Assembly (NCBI GenBank): GCA_002839355.1
Contig: PGXW01000010.1
Span: 11,057-75,056, forward strand
Length of the DNA: 64,000 nt
Direction: 5' to 3'
From: Spirochaetae bacterium HGW-Spirochaetae-2
GTDB lineage: Bacteria; Spirochaetota; Spirochaetia; Sphaerochaetales; Sphaerochaetaceae
The position numbers and the translations under genes are program-made. Positions 28,242 through 37,766 of the stretch are shown piece after piece. How positions within the stretch are numbered: the first letter of the stretch is position 1; every line of letters starts with the position of its first letter. The notes under the pieces are model-generated. The model was not told the origin of the DNA. It worked only from the letters and a program-made list of their open reading frames with translations, and did no database searches.

Positions 28242-28259
28242 CGATCTGTGGTTCGGCAG

Positions 28260-30128
28260 CTATTCCTTGGCGGCCAGCTCTTCCCACCTCAACAGGTTCT
28301 TCTCAAGCAATACCTGTTTTGCCGCATATGCTTGTGTCCTCTGGGCCATGGTGGTAGGATCCACATCCCGGGAAGCGAAGCTTGCCTCAAGTGCGGAGAT
28401 TTCCCCCTCGATCACATCGATCTGAGAGACCAAAAGTTCCAATTCCTTGCGTTCCTTGAACGTCAAGCCAGTCTTCTTCTCCCGTTGGGAAGGACGGCTC
28501 TTCTTCTCTTCCACTTCACGAACAGTCGTCTTCTCCTCCTCGACCAGAGCCTGCTGGTAATCGCTGAAGGAACCGGCGAACTCCTCGATACAGCCGTCTT
28601 GGCTGAAAACGAACAACGTATCGGCAATGCGGTCGAGAAAGGCACGGTCGTGTGAAACCACCAATGCGCAACCGGCGAAATCGAGGAGATACTCCTCGAG
28701 TCGGCGTATAGTATCGATATCCAGGTCGTTCGTCGGTTCGTCGAGCAGGAGGAAGTTGGGAGCTTGCATGAGCACTCCGACAAGATGTAGCCTCCGGCGC
28801 TCGCCACCGCTGAGTAGTCCGATCGAGATCCTATGGAACGAAACGGGAAACCCGAACAGTTCCAGAAAACGGGCTGCACTCAAGGTCTGCCCCGGTGCAA
28901 CGGTCACCTCCTCGGCGATTTCCGAGATGTGTTCGAGTACCGTCATACCAAGGTCCATCGGTGTATCGAGCTGGTCGTAATACCCGAAAGCCGTGTTCAA
29001 GCCGACATCGACAATTCCTTGGTCGGGCTCGATCCTACCTGCGATCATCTCCAACAGGGTGGTCTTGCCCGAACCGTTGGGACCGATCAATCCGATGCGC
29101 TCCCCCTTGGAAAAACTATGGGTGAATGGAAGTACGACCGGTGTATCCCCGTAGGTCTTGCCGATATTCTCCAACTCGAGGATCTTCTTGCCCATACGAC
29201 GGTGCAACGATGTGAATCCCGCCATCTGCGGTTGTTCGGTGGTCAACGACTCCTGCATGGTCCCGATACGGTTCTTACGTCCGGAATCCTTTCCAGTCCT
29301 GGCTTTGGGTCCGCGCGCGAGCCATTCCAGTTCCCTGCGCAATACCGTCTTGAGCCGGTCCTGTTCCGCCTGCATACTCGACAGGCGCTCTTCACGACGC
29401 TGAAGGAACTGGGTGTAGGCACCGGGATGCTGGTAGACATACCCCCGGTCGAATTCCATGATACCCGTACACACATGGTCCAACAAGTACCGGTCATGGG
29501 TGACCAGGACGACAGAAACGGCTGGCGATGCCAAATAGCGCTCCAGCCATTGGATAGTGGGGATATCGAGATGGTTCGTGGGTTCATCCAGCAGCAACAG
29601 GTCGGCATCCACCGCGAGCACCCTGGCAATGGCGACCTTCTTGAGCATCCCTCCGGACAGCACCTCCATGGGAGTATCGAGCGGGGGGCCCTGCAACTCT
29701 CCCAGAAACGAGGCGAAACGGGTCTGCACATCCCATGCATGCGTATGCTCGATCTGTTCCATCACCTGGTGCAACCGCTGCCCGCTCGCCTTGGTATGGG
29801 CCTTGCTTTCCGCCACGAGGGCATGGTAGGTGCGCAGCAGATGTATGGACGGATGGTCCCCATCGAGAAGAAAATCCTCCACCTTTTGCCCGCTTTGGAA
29901 GCGGGGTTGTTGCTCCAGCACCGAAATCGACAACTCGCGGGCTTTGGCTACGGTTCCGGAATCGGTGGAAGAGCTTCCCTCGAGCACCCGGAGAAACGTG
30001 CTCTTGCCACATCCATTCGGACCGACCAGACCGATCTTCTCGCCACGTTGCATACCGAACGTGACATCCTGGAACAAAGGCTCGTCCTTGACTGTTTTTG
30101 AGATATTTTCTACCGAGAGAATGACCAT
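28260..30128 (-). CDS. ABC-F family ATPase (tandem ABC domains, no transmembrane region)
   Basis: Two Walker A motifs (GPNGCGKST, GPNGSGKTT), two signature motifs (LSGGMLKK, LSGGERRR) and a C-terminal coiled-coil tail. Confidence 0.9.
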   Translation of the reverse strand: MVILSVENISKTVKDEPLFQDVTFGMQRGEKIGLVGPNGCGKSTFLRVLEGSSSTDSGTVAKARELSISVLEQQPRFQSGQKVEDFLLDGDHPSIHLLRTYHALVAESKAHTKASGQRLHQVMEQIEHTHAWDVQTRFASFLGELQGPPLDTPMEVLSGGMLKKVAIARVLAVDADLLLLDEPTNHLDIPTIQWLERYLASPAVSVVLVTHDRYLLDHVCTGIMEFDRGYVYQHPGAYTQFLQRREERLSSMQAEQDRLKTVLRRELEWLARGPKARTGKDSGRKNRIGTMQESLTTEQPQMAGFTSLHRRMGKKILELENIGKTYGDTPVVLPFTHSFSKGERIGLIGPNGSGKTTLLEMIAGRIEPDQGIVDVGLNTAFGYYDQLDTPMDLGMTVLEHISEIAEEVTVAPGQTLSAARFLELFGFPVSFHRISIGLLSGGERRRLHLVGVLMQAPNFLLLDEPTNDLDIDTIRRLEEYLLDFAGCALVVSHDRAFLDRIADTLFVFSQDGCIEEFAGSFSDYQQALVEEEKTTVREVEEKKSRPSQREKKTGLTFKERKELELLVSQIDVIEGEISALEASFASRDVDPTTMAQRTQAYAAKQVLLEKNLLRWEELAAKE

Positions 30129-30178
30129 GGCCCAACAGTAGCCTGATTCAACCGTCTATGGCAAGCTGTCGCAGACCT

Positions 30179-30361
30179 CTAATCGGTATTGGGAAACCGT
30201 TCCTCACGGTCTTCCAGCACTTCCTCTTCCGGAACATGTGCCGGTTGCCGATTCGTCCGATTCGTATGTTTCTTGTGACCCGCAAGCACTTGCCCGAGAT
30301 CCCAGTCGGGATCGCGTTCGTAATCGGGTCTTCTGATAGTGTCTCGAATTCCTCGCTTCAT
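30179..30361 (-). CDS. hypothetical small charged protein (60 aa)
   Basis: AAGGAG 5 nt upstream of the ATG. Lies between the rhodanese and ABC-F genes on the same strand. No family recognised. Confidence 0.25.
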   Translation of the reverse strand: MKRGIRDTIRRPDYERDPDWDLGQVLAGHKKHTNRTNRQPAHVPEEEVLEDREERFPNTD

Positions 30362-30410
30362 TACCCACTCCTTCGTGTCTCCTGCGACACTGCATAAAGT
30401 CGATAGCGGC

Positions 30411-30851
30411 TTACATGACCGTCTCGTACGGCCAGTCTACAATTCCTCCGAAGTCATATACATTCACATAGCCCAACGCAGCAAGCTTGCGTGCAGCCTG
30501 TGCGCTCCTATTGCCACTGCGGCAATAGACGAGGATCACATCGTCCAATTCGGGCAGCTGCCCGGGATTTTGGGTCGTACCGATGGTTTCATTCGGAATC
30601 AGGATTGCTCCGGCAATATGCCCCTGCTCATATTCAGCCTCGGTGCGCACATCCACTATGACCAGCGAATCACCCGAATCCATCATTTCCTTCGCTAATT
30701 GAGGAGAAATCTTCCTGTATTGTGCTGTAATGGCAGTAGCCACGTCAATTCCTTCCTGTCTCGATGAGGACGTAGAGTTGCCTTTACAGGAAATGGCTCC
30801 CAACACCAGACCCAGTACCAGTACCATTGCCGCAAGTTTTACAAAACGCAT
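30411..30851 (-). CDS. rhodanese-domain lipoprotein (sulfurtransferase)
   Basis: Signal peptide with lipobox LGAISC. Active-site loop CRSGNRS. Confidence 0.8.
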   Translation of the reverse strand: MRFVKLAAMVLVLGLVLGAISCKGNSTSSSRQEGIDVATAITAQYRKISPQLAKEMMDSGDSLVIVDVRTEAEYEQGHIAGAILIPNETIGTTQNPGQLPELDDVILVYCRSGNRSAQAARKLAALGYVNVYDFGGIVDWPYETVM

Positions 30852-30977
30852 CCGTATCTCCTCGTACTCACAATATGCAAAAAGGATTGCCCGACGTCAA
30901 GCTTAAGGTGCCGTCGACCGGTCCGATTCATACGAAAAACACCCGGACTTTCCTCAAGAAAATTACTAACCGGCCTA

Positions 30978-31007
30978 TTGACAATTGTACTAATACACTA
31001 GTACAAT
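30978..31007 (+). promoter_or_regulatory. sigma70-like promoter TTGACA-18-TACAAT overlapped by a 9-6-9 inverted repeat ATTGTACTA-atacac-TAGTACAAT (putative GntR/YtrA operator)
   Basis: Located 20-48 bp upstream of the GntR gene start. The GT..AC-type palindrome is typical of GntR-family sites. Confidence 0.5.
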
Positions 31008-31025
31008 CCATCCAGAAGGGTTGAT

Positions 31026-31448
31026 ATGACAAAGGATGCGGACCAGATACCAATCACATTCACTCTCGATTCCAAGAGCGGAATCCCCTACTACAAGCAA
31101 ATCATCCTGCAAGTGGAAATGGCAATTGCGGACGGCCGCCTCTCCAAAGGCGCACGGCTACCGACTGTGCGCAGCCTCGCTGTCGACCTCAGCATCAACC
31201 CGAACACCGTTGCCCGCGCCTACAATGAAATGGAGATCAGGGACATCGTGGTGACACAACAGGGATCGGGAACATTCATAAGCGAGAAACAAATCACCAT
31301 CGATGCAATCGAACGTGAGCGGATCCTCACCGAGATCACCCGCTCATTCATCACAAAAGCGGCTTCCTATGGAATCACCCTCGAAGAACTGTTGGACCAC
31401 ATCCGAGACCTGGGAAGCGATATCGTACCAAAGGGAGACCCCTCATGA
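31026..31448 (+). CDS. GntR-family transcriptional regulator, YtrA-like short subfamily
   Basis: 140 aa. HTH reads PTVRSLAVDLSINPNTVARAYNEME. First gene of a long plus-strand operon. Confidence 0.8.
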   Translation: MTKDADQIPITFTLDSKSGIPYYKQIILQVEMAIADGRLSKGARLPTVRSLAVDLSINPNTVARAYNEMEIRDIVVTQQGSGTFISEKQITIDAIERERILTEITRSFITKAASYGITLEELLDHIRDLGSDIVPKGDPS

Positions 31449-32557
31449 ACCTATTCACACGAAAATTCGAACGCATCAAGAACATGCAGCAGTTCACGTT
31501 GAAACGTGATTTCGCCTTTGGCGCCGTATCATTCTTCATCCTCGCGCTCTTCATCGGCGGCGGCATCTGGCTCCAGATGACCCTTTTTCCATGGATCCCC
31601 TTCGATCCGGTTATCACGTTGGCAGTGATCATCCTCGTGGCGGGACTCTTGGTGTCCCTCGTCCCCATGTGGGCAACCATCATCCAGTTCTGTGTGATCC
31701 TCTGGCTGATCATCCTGGGACATCTAGGCAACGCCCTTTACCCGTTGGGTTTGGCAGGTACCGCCGGCCTGTTGGTCGCCTCATCGGTCCAGCTGATTTT
31801 ACACTGGGACAAGGTGGTGGTATTGCGTATGGGACGTTTCAGGAAGGTGCATGGACCTGGCTTGCTGTTCCTCATGCCCTTGGTGGACCGGATCGCCGAA
31901 TTCGTGGATACCCGCATACGGGCAACCGATTTCAGTGCCGAGAAGACCTTGACCCGCGATACCGTTCCCGTGCATGTAGACGCGCTCGCCTTCTGGATGA
32001 TCTGGGATGCGAAGCATGCGATCCTTGAAGTGGAGAACTATATCGAAGCGGTCATCCTTTCGGCCCAGACCGCGCTCCGCGATGCTATCGGCAAACACGA
32101 CCTCTCCTCCCTCCTCTCCGAACGCGAGGAGCTGGGCAAGGAGATCCAGCTTGCCCTCGATGCCAAGACAAATCCGTGGGGGGTCACCATCCTCTCGATC
32201 GAGATCACCGACATCATCATTCCGAAGGAATTGGAGGATGCCTTGAGCAAGCAGGCACAGGCCCAACGGGAAAAGCAGTCCCGTGTGATCCTGGCGACCG
32301 CGGAGGTCGAGATAGCCAAGCAGTTCGAGGAAGCTGCCGTCATGTACTCGGAGAATCCCACAGCCCTGCAACTGCGGGCTATGAACATGGTGTACGAAGG
32401 AATCCGGCAGAACAACTCCATGATGCTCATGCCGGCATCGATACTGGACAACATGAATTTGGGAACAGTCCTTGGAAGTGCCGCCTTGCAGAAATTGCAG
32501 ACACCCGCACCTGCCAAGCCGGTTGCCACCGAAGAACCGGAAACCGGACGGAGGTAG
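31445..32557 (+). CDS. SPFH/band-7 (stomatin/prohibitin-like) membrane protein
   Basis: 370 aa. N-terminal transmembrane helices, then an SPFH core (VVVLRMGRFRKVHGPGLLFLMPLVDRI...) and a coiled-coil tail. Confidence 0.8.
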   Translation: MNLFTRKFERIKNMQQFTLKRDFAFGAVSFFILALFIGGGIWLQMTLFPWIPFDPVITLAVIILVAGLLVSLVPMWATIIQFCVILWLIILGHLGNALYPLGLAGTAGLLVASSVQLILHWDKVVVLRMGRFRKVHGPGLLFLMPLVDRIAEFVDTRIRATDFSAEKTLTRDTVPVHVDALAFWMIWDAKHAILEVENYIEAVILSAQTALRDAIGKHDLSSLLSEREELGKEIQLALDAKTNPWGVTILSIEITDIIIPKELEDALSKQAQAQREKQSRVILATAEVEIAKQFEEAAVMYSENPTALQLRAMNMVYEGIRQNNSMMLMPASILDNMNLGTVLGSAALQKLQTPAPAKPVATEEPETGRR

Positions 32558-32560
32558 GAG

Positions 32561-33820
32561 ATGCGGTTGATGTTCCTCGTTGTACTGGCATGCAAGAACC
32601 TCACGCGCTACAAACGAAGGACTGTAATCACTGCGGTCACCATAGCGATCGGCTTGATGCTGTTCATCCTGATCGATTCGATCCTGATAGGCGTCGACAG
32701 GGAATCGGTGCGCAATTTGTTGTGGTATGAGACCTCCTCGGTGCGGATCATGGCCACCGGCTATTGGGAAGACCGGTTGATGCTGCCGTTGGATGTATCG
32801 ATCGACGATCCCTATGCAAAGGTTCGGTTGTTGCGGGAACAGGGCTACGACGCGACACCACGGATCATGTTCGCCGCCGACCTTATCCTCTACAGCGAGG
32901 ACTTTGGGGAAGATGGGAATCTCCCTGTCCGGGTGACCGCGGTTGACACGACGTTGGACAACACCGTCTTCCGCTTTGAAGACACCTTGTTGGAGGGACG
33001 TTTCGCCGAAAGCGGCAAGAACGAGCTGGTGATCGGATCATGGATGGCCGAGGACCTGCAGGCCGAGGTCGGGTATTGGGTAACGCTGGTCACCCGTGGC
33101 AATGGAGGATTCTTCGAAGCCATGGACATGCAGATCGTGGGAATCGTCAATTGTCCGAATCCGAATGTGAACCGCTCGCTGCTCATGGTACCGATCGATA
33201 CGATCGCCGATTACCTTGCCATGGAGAATCTGGCCACCGAGATAGACATCTCACTTCCCGAATCGGCCGATGTCGATATCGAGGCTCAAGCGATAACACG
33301 CCTCATGGCCGAATCCGGCAACTCTGCGACGGTCATGACCTGGAAGGATTTGGCCGGAGACTACCTGGCCATGATGCAAGCCGAACGCGGGGGATCGTCG
33401 ACCATGTTGTTCCTGGTGTTCCTGATTGCCGCGGTGGGTATTTCCAACACCATGCTCATGGTGATCAACGAACGGACCCGCGAATTGGGAATGATGCGTG
33501 CGTTGGGAATGGACGACCGGAGCATCCACTGGCTGTTCATGCTGGAAGCAGGAGGAATCGGCTTGTTGGGCTCGTCGATCGGTGTAGCCCTGGGTATGCT
33601 GGCGAACATATATATCGTGCAGGAGGGGTTGGATTTCGGCTTCTTCATGCGGGAAATGGACATGGCCTATCGGGTGCAGGGCATTTTCCGCGGCGCATGG
33701 AGTTTGAGAAGCATTTTGACCACGTTCTTTTCGGGAATTTTCCTTTCCATGCTGGTTGCGTGGATTCCGACCCGACGGGCCATAAAAATGGATATTCCAT
33801 CATGTCTAAGACACCAATAG
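32561..33820 (+). CDS. FtsX/MacB-type ABC permease, LolC-like
   Basis: 419 aa. TM1, a large periplasmic domain, then three transmembrane helices. N-terminus ACKNLTRYKRRTVITAVTIAIGL. Confidence 0.8.
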   Translation: MRLMFLVVLACKNLTRYKRRTVITAVTIAIGLMLFILIDSILIGVDRESVRNLLWYETSSVRIMATGYWEDRLMLPLDVSIDDPYAKVRLLREQGYDATPRIMFAADLILYSEDFGEDGNLPVRVTAVDTTLDNTVFRFEDTLLEGRFAESGKNELVIGSWMAEDLQAEVGYWVTLVTRGNGGFFEAMDMQIVGIVNCPNPNVNRSLLMVPIDTIADYLAMENLATEIDISLPESADVDIEAQAITRLMAESGNSATVMTWKDLAGDYLAMMQAERGGSSTMLFLVFLIAAVGISNTMLMVINERTRELGMMRALGMDDRSIHWLFMLEAGGIGLLGSSIGVALGMLANIYIVQEGLDFGFFMREMDMAYRVQGIFRGAWSLRSILTTFFSGIFLSMLVAWIPTRRAIKMDIPSCLRHQ

Positions 33821-33831
33821 GAGGAGACAAC

Positions 33832-34509
33832 ATGATTCAGGTACAAAACGTTATCCGCAACTACAAGACGGGTGAAACTGTCGTCAAGGCGCTCAAGGGA
33901 GTCTCCTTGGATATTGGGGATGGGGAATTCCTCTCCATCGCAGGACCCTCCGGCTCGGGGAAGACAACCTTGTTGAACCTCATCGGGTGCATCGATGCCC
34001 TAGACGGTGGAGAGATCACCATCGAGGGACAACCGGTCTCGGGTATGGACAAGAAGGCCAAAACGGAGTTCCGTCGCAACAACCTGGGATTCATCTTCCA
34101 GACCTACAACCTCATCCCGGTATTGAGTGCCTTTGAAAACGTATCGTTCGTGTTGTCTATCCTCAACATTCCGGAGAAGGAAATCGAGGAACGGACCATG
34201 CGTATCCTCAAGGAGGTCGGACTCGAGGGGATGGAGAACCGCCGGCCCGATCGGCTCTCTGGTGGCCAGCAGCAACGCATCGCCATAGCCAGGGCCCTGG
34301 TGAAGAACCCCAAGATAGTCCTGGCCGATGAACCGACCGCGAACCTCGATTCCAAGACAGGCGAGGAGATCCTCAAGCTCATGAAGGAGATGAACCGGAA
34401 GTACCATACGACCTTCATCTTCTCCACCCACGACAGCATGGTCATGGACTACGCGAAGCGCCTGGTATTGTTGCACGACGGGCAGATCGTCAGCGACGAA
34501 AGGAGGTAA
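33832..34509 (+). CDS. ABC transporter ATP-binding protein, LolD/MacB-ATPase-like
   Basis: Walker A GPSGSGKTT, signature LSGGQQQRIAIARAL, Walker B LLADEPT. RBS AGGAGG. Shorter start chosen over the in-frame MSKTPIGGDN start. Confidence 0.9.
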   Translation: MIQVQNVIRNYKTGETVVKALKGVSLDIGDGEFLSIAGPSGSGKTTLLNLIGCIDALDGGEITIEGQPVSGMDKKAKTEFRRNNLGFIFQTYNLIPVLSAFENVSFVLSILNIPEKEIEERTMRILKEVGLEGMENRRPDRLSGGQQQRIAIARALVKNPKIVLADEPTANLDSKTGEEILKLMKEMNRKYHTTFIFSTHDSMVMDYAKRLVLLHDGQIVSDERR

Positions 34510-34511
34510 GT

Positions 34512-35765
34512 GTGAGATTCATCATCTCATTGGCCTTGAAGAACCTCTCCCGTTACAAGAGGCGGACAATCATCACCGCGGTGGCGATAGCTGTCGGACT
34601 GATGATGTATATCGTGGTCGATTCGATCCTATTGGGTGCCGAATTCGAATCGATGCGCAACTTGCGCTGGTATGAAACCGCATCGGCCCGTATCATGCAT
34701 CCCGACTATTGGGAAGATCGGTTGATGCGTCCCTTGGACATATCGATCGAGGACCCCTACACCATAGTCGATTCCTTGCGTAAGGAAGGAATCGCGGCCG
34801 CACCCCGCACAATGTTCTCCGCGGACCTGATCCTCTACAGCGAGGACTTCGGTGAGGATGGGCACATGCCGGTCCAGGTGACAGCAGTCGATCCCGAACT
34901 GGACAATTCCGTATTCCGATTCGAGGACACCTTGATCGAAGGGCGCTTTGTCGAGAGCGGAACCAACGAATTGGTGATAGGCTCCTGGTTCGCCGAGGAT
35001 ATCGGGGCGAAGGTCGGCTACTGGGTCACCTTGGTGACCCGAGGCAATGGAGGCTTCTACGAAGCCATGGACATGCAGATAGTCGGAATCGTCAATTGCC
35101 CCAATCCGAACGTGAACAGGACACTGCTGATGGTTCCGATCGATACCATAGGCGATTACCTGGCGATGGAAGGGGCGGCGACCGAGATAAACATCACATT
35201 GCCCGAGAGCGCTAAAATAGCGGAGGAAGTGGCTCGGATCCAGCAACTGCTCGACCCGAACGGCAACAACCTGCTGGTGGTCAGTTGGGACGACTTGGCC
35301 CGCGACTATGTGGCGCTTGCCGAAGCGAAACGCGGCGGAACGGGAATGATCCTCTTCCTGGTGTTCATCATTGCCGCGGTAGGTATTTCCAATACCATGC
35401 TCATGGCGATCTATGAGCGGATCAGGGAGTTGGGGATGATGCGGGCCCTCGGCATGAACGACCGCAGTATCCAGTTGGCATTCATGGTAGAGGCTGGAGG
35501 CATCGGGTTGATCGGTTCGACCATCGGGGTGCTCTTGGGAATCGCAATCAACTTCTACATGGTGAACGTTGGTATCGACTTCGGTCTGCTGATGCGCGAC
35601 ATGGACATGGGGTATCGCATCCAAAGCTCGTTCCGTGGAACCTGGAACCCATCGACCATCATAACAGCCTTCTTCTTCGGATCGATCCTATCCATGCTTG
35701 TGGCTTGGATTCCGACAAGACGGGCGCTGAAGATGGATATTCCATCGTGTCTGAGACACCAGTAA
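34512..35765 (+). CDS. FtsX/MacB-type ABC permease, LolE-like (paralog of 32561-33820)
   Basis: 417 aa, very similar in sequence to the first permease. Together they give the permease-ATPase-permease order of lolC-lolD-lolE. Confidence 0.8.
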   Translation: MRFIISLALKNLSRYKRRTIITAVAIAVGLMMYIVVDSILLGAEFESMRNLRWYETASARIMHPDYWEDRLMRPLDISIEDPYTIVDSLRKEGIAAAPRTMFSADLILYSEDFGEDGHMPVQVTAVDPELDNSVFRFEDTLIEGRFVESGTNELVIGSWFAEDIGAKVGYWVTLVTRGNGGFYEAMDMQIVGIVNCPNPNVNRTLLMVPIDTIGDYLAMEGAATEINITLPESAKIAEEVARIQQLLDPNGNNLLVVSWDDLARDYVALAEAKRGGTGMILFLVFIIAAVGISNTMLMAIYERIRELGMMRALGMNDRSIQLAFMVEAGGIGLIGSTIGVLLGIAINFYMVNVGIDFGLLMRDMDMGYRIQSSFRGTWNPSTIITAFFFGSILSMLVAWIPTRRALKMDIPSCLRHQ

Positions 35766-35777
35766 AAGGAGCAGATC

Positions 35778-37007
35778 ATGACGATGAAATTGATACATGT
35801 GGCATTCCGCAACATTTCGCGGAATCGACGGAGATCCCTCCTCTCGGGTATCGCTATCGCGGTGGCATCCATGAGTATCGTATTCCTCTTTGCCATGGTG
35901 CAGGGGATGCGCGACGATATGGCCCAAAACCTGGCCACCTACTATACCGGGGAGGTGAGGATCCGCAATGCCCAATACGAAGAGTATGAGCGCTACAATC
36001 CAATCCACCTGACCGTCGATTGGCAGCGAATAGACCAGGCGCTCGCCAAACGGTCCGATGTGACAGCCTACGTGCCGCGCATCCTTTTCCCCTCTGCCTT
36101 CTATGTGAATGGGGGCAATCACCCGGCGGTTGGAATCGGAGCAGACTTCTCCCGAGAAGCCGAGTACAGTGATTTCGCGGCCTCCATCAAGGAGGGGCGG
36201 ATTCCCGACGCGGGCAAGAACGAGATGCTCATAGGCTCGGTCCTGGCCAGGGACTTGAAACTGGGTATCGGGGACAAGGTGACGATCATCAGCTCCACCG
36301 CTGCCCGGGGCAACAACGCCATGACCCTTGAGATTGTCGGTCTTGCGGCATTCCCGGTCGCTTCGTTGAATTCGCAATTCTTCTGGGCACCGTTGGATCG
36401 TGTCCAGCATTTCCTGCGCATGGACAACGAGGTCCTGGAAGTATTGGTCATGGTCGAGGACGACGAACGGAAGGCTGCCGCTGCGATCAAGGCGGATTTG
36501 GAACCGCTACTCGGCTCGGCACTGGATATCAAAGCCTTCAACGATATCAGCATGATGTATGGCTTTATCGAGCTCGCGCAGTACATCTACTACTTTATCG
36601 GAGTATTCTTCCTGCTGCTTGGCAGTACGGTGATCATCAACACCACCATGATGGTGATCTATGAACGGATGCGGGAGATCGGAACCCTCGGGGCCCTAGG
36701 CATGCATGGAAAGGAATTGACCCGTCTGTTCTTCCTGGAAGGAGTGTTCATCAGCGCGATCGGTGCCGCTGTGGGCGTATTGGTCGGCGCGGGTATCACG
36801 GTCTATCTCGGGAAATTCGGATTGAACTTCACCGATGCGCTCAGCGGTATCGACATGGAGATTTCCAGCGTGCTGTATCCAAGATTCAATTTATGGACAA
36901 CGTTGATTGTGTATGTCTATTCGGTGGTCATCTCTGCGGCCGCGACGTTGATACCTTCGCGGAAGGCATCCAGGATCGAACCGGTGGAGGCATTGCGCTA
37001 TGTATAG
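35778..37007 (+). CDS. third FtsX/MacB-type permease (divergent paralog)
   Basis: 409 aa with the same topology and a more divergent periplasmic domain. Confidence 0.75.
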   Translation: MTMKLIHVAFRNISRNRRRSLLSGIAIAVASMSIVFLFAMVQGMRDDMAQNLATYYTGEVRIRNAQYEEYERYNPIHLTVDWQRIDQALAKRSDVTAYVPRILFPSAFYVNGGNHPAVGIGADFSREAEYSDFAASIKEGRIPDAGKNEMLIGSVLARDLKLGIGDKVTIISSTAARGNNAMTLEIVGLAAFPVASLNSQFFWAPLDRVQHFLRMDNEVLEVLVMVEDDERKAAAAIKADLEPLLGSALDIKAFNDISMMYGFIELAQYIYYFIGVFFLLLGSTVIINTTMMVIYERMREIGTLGALGMHGKELTRLFFLEGVFISAIGAAVGVLVGAGITVYLGKFGLNFTDALSGIDMEISSVLYPRFNLWTTLIVYVYSVVISAAATLIPSRKASRIEPVEALRYV

Positions 37008-37017
37008 GAGCAACAAT

Positions 37018-37755
37018 ATGAAGATTCGCATGATGGCGATCGTGATGGTCGCCTTGGTATCGATTGCTACTGTCGGAGCTATGTCGGCAGAGGATATTGT
37101 GAGGCAGATGGATGCCCTGGAAACGTTCGACACCTCGTACGCAGAAGGCGAGATCGTCACGACCGACAGGTTCGGTGTAAAGACCAGCACGTTCCGGTCC
37201 TGGTCCCGCGGGGCCTACGACTCGCTGATCGAATTCACCAGTGTTGCCGAGCGGGGACAGAAGGTATTGCGGACCGAGGGCGAGTTGTACCTCTTCTACC
37301 CCGATGCCGAGGAGCTGATCCGGCTGCAGGGAGCCGCGTTGCGCCAGTCCATGCTGGGTAGCGATATCTCGTACGAGGACATGACCGGCGAAAAGGATAC
37401 CCTCTCCCAATACGATGTCAAACTGGTGGGCAACGAACGCATAAGTGGCAGGGATTGCTATATCCTGGAATTCTCAGCGAAGACCAGGACGGTCGCCTAC
37501 CCCATGCAGAAGGTATGGGTCGATACCGGAACCTATATGGTGTGGAAGGGTGAGTTCTCGACCAAGGCCGGTCGCTTGTTGAAGGAGATGGCGGTGTTGG
37601 AGACGATGACGGTCGATAACCGGACCCTGCCGAAAATCACGAAGATCTCGGATAAGATGAAGCGCGACTCGGCGACCGAGATGCGCCTGTCCCGTTTGGA
37701 TATCGATGTCGATCTCGATCCGGTCATCTTCACATTGCAGAATCTTACCTGGTAA
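37018..37755 (+). CDS. LolA-like outer-membrane lipoprotein-sorting / carrier-fold protein
   Basis: About 245 aa with a signal peptide (MKIRMMAIVMVALVSIATVGAMSA). Size and genomic context fit a LolA-like protein. Fold assignment is inferred, not verified. Confidence 0.55.
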   Translation: MKIRMMAIVMVALVSIATVGAMSAEDIVRQMDALETFDTSYAEGEIVTTDRFGVKTSTFRSWSRGAYDSLIEFTSVAERGQKVLRTEGELYLFYPDAEELIRLQGAALRQSMLGSDISYEDMTGEKDTLSQYDVKLVGNERISGRDCYILEFSAKTRTVAYPMQKVWVDTGTYMVWKGEFSTKAGRLLKEMAVLETMTVDNRTLPKITKISDKMKRDSATEMRLSRLDIDVDLDPVIFTLQNLTW

Positions 37756-37766
37756 CTGGAGGTTGT

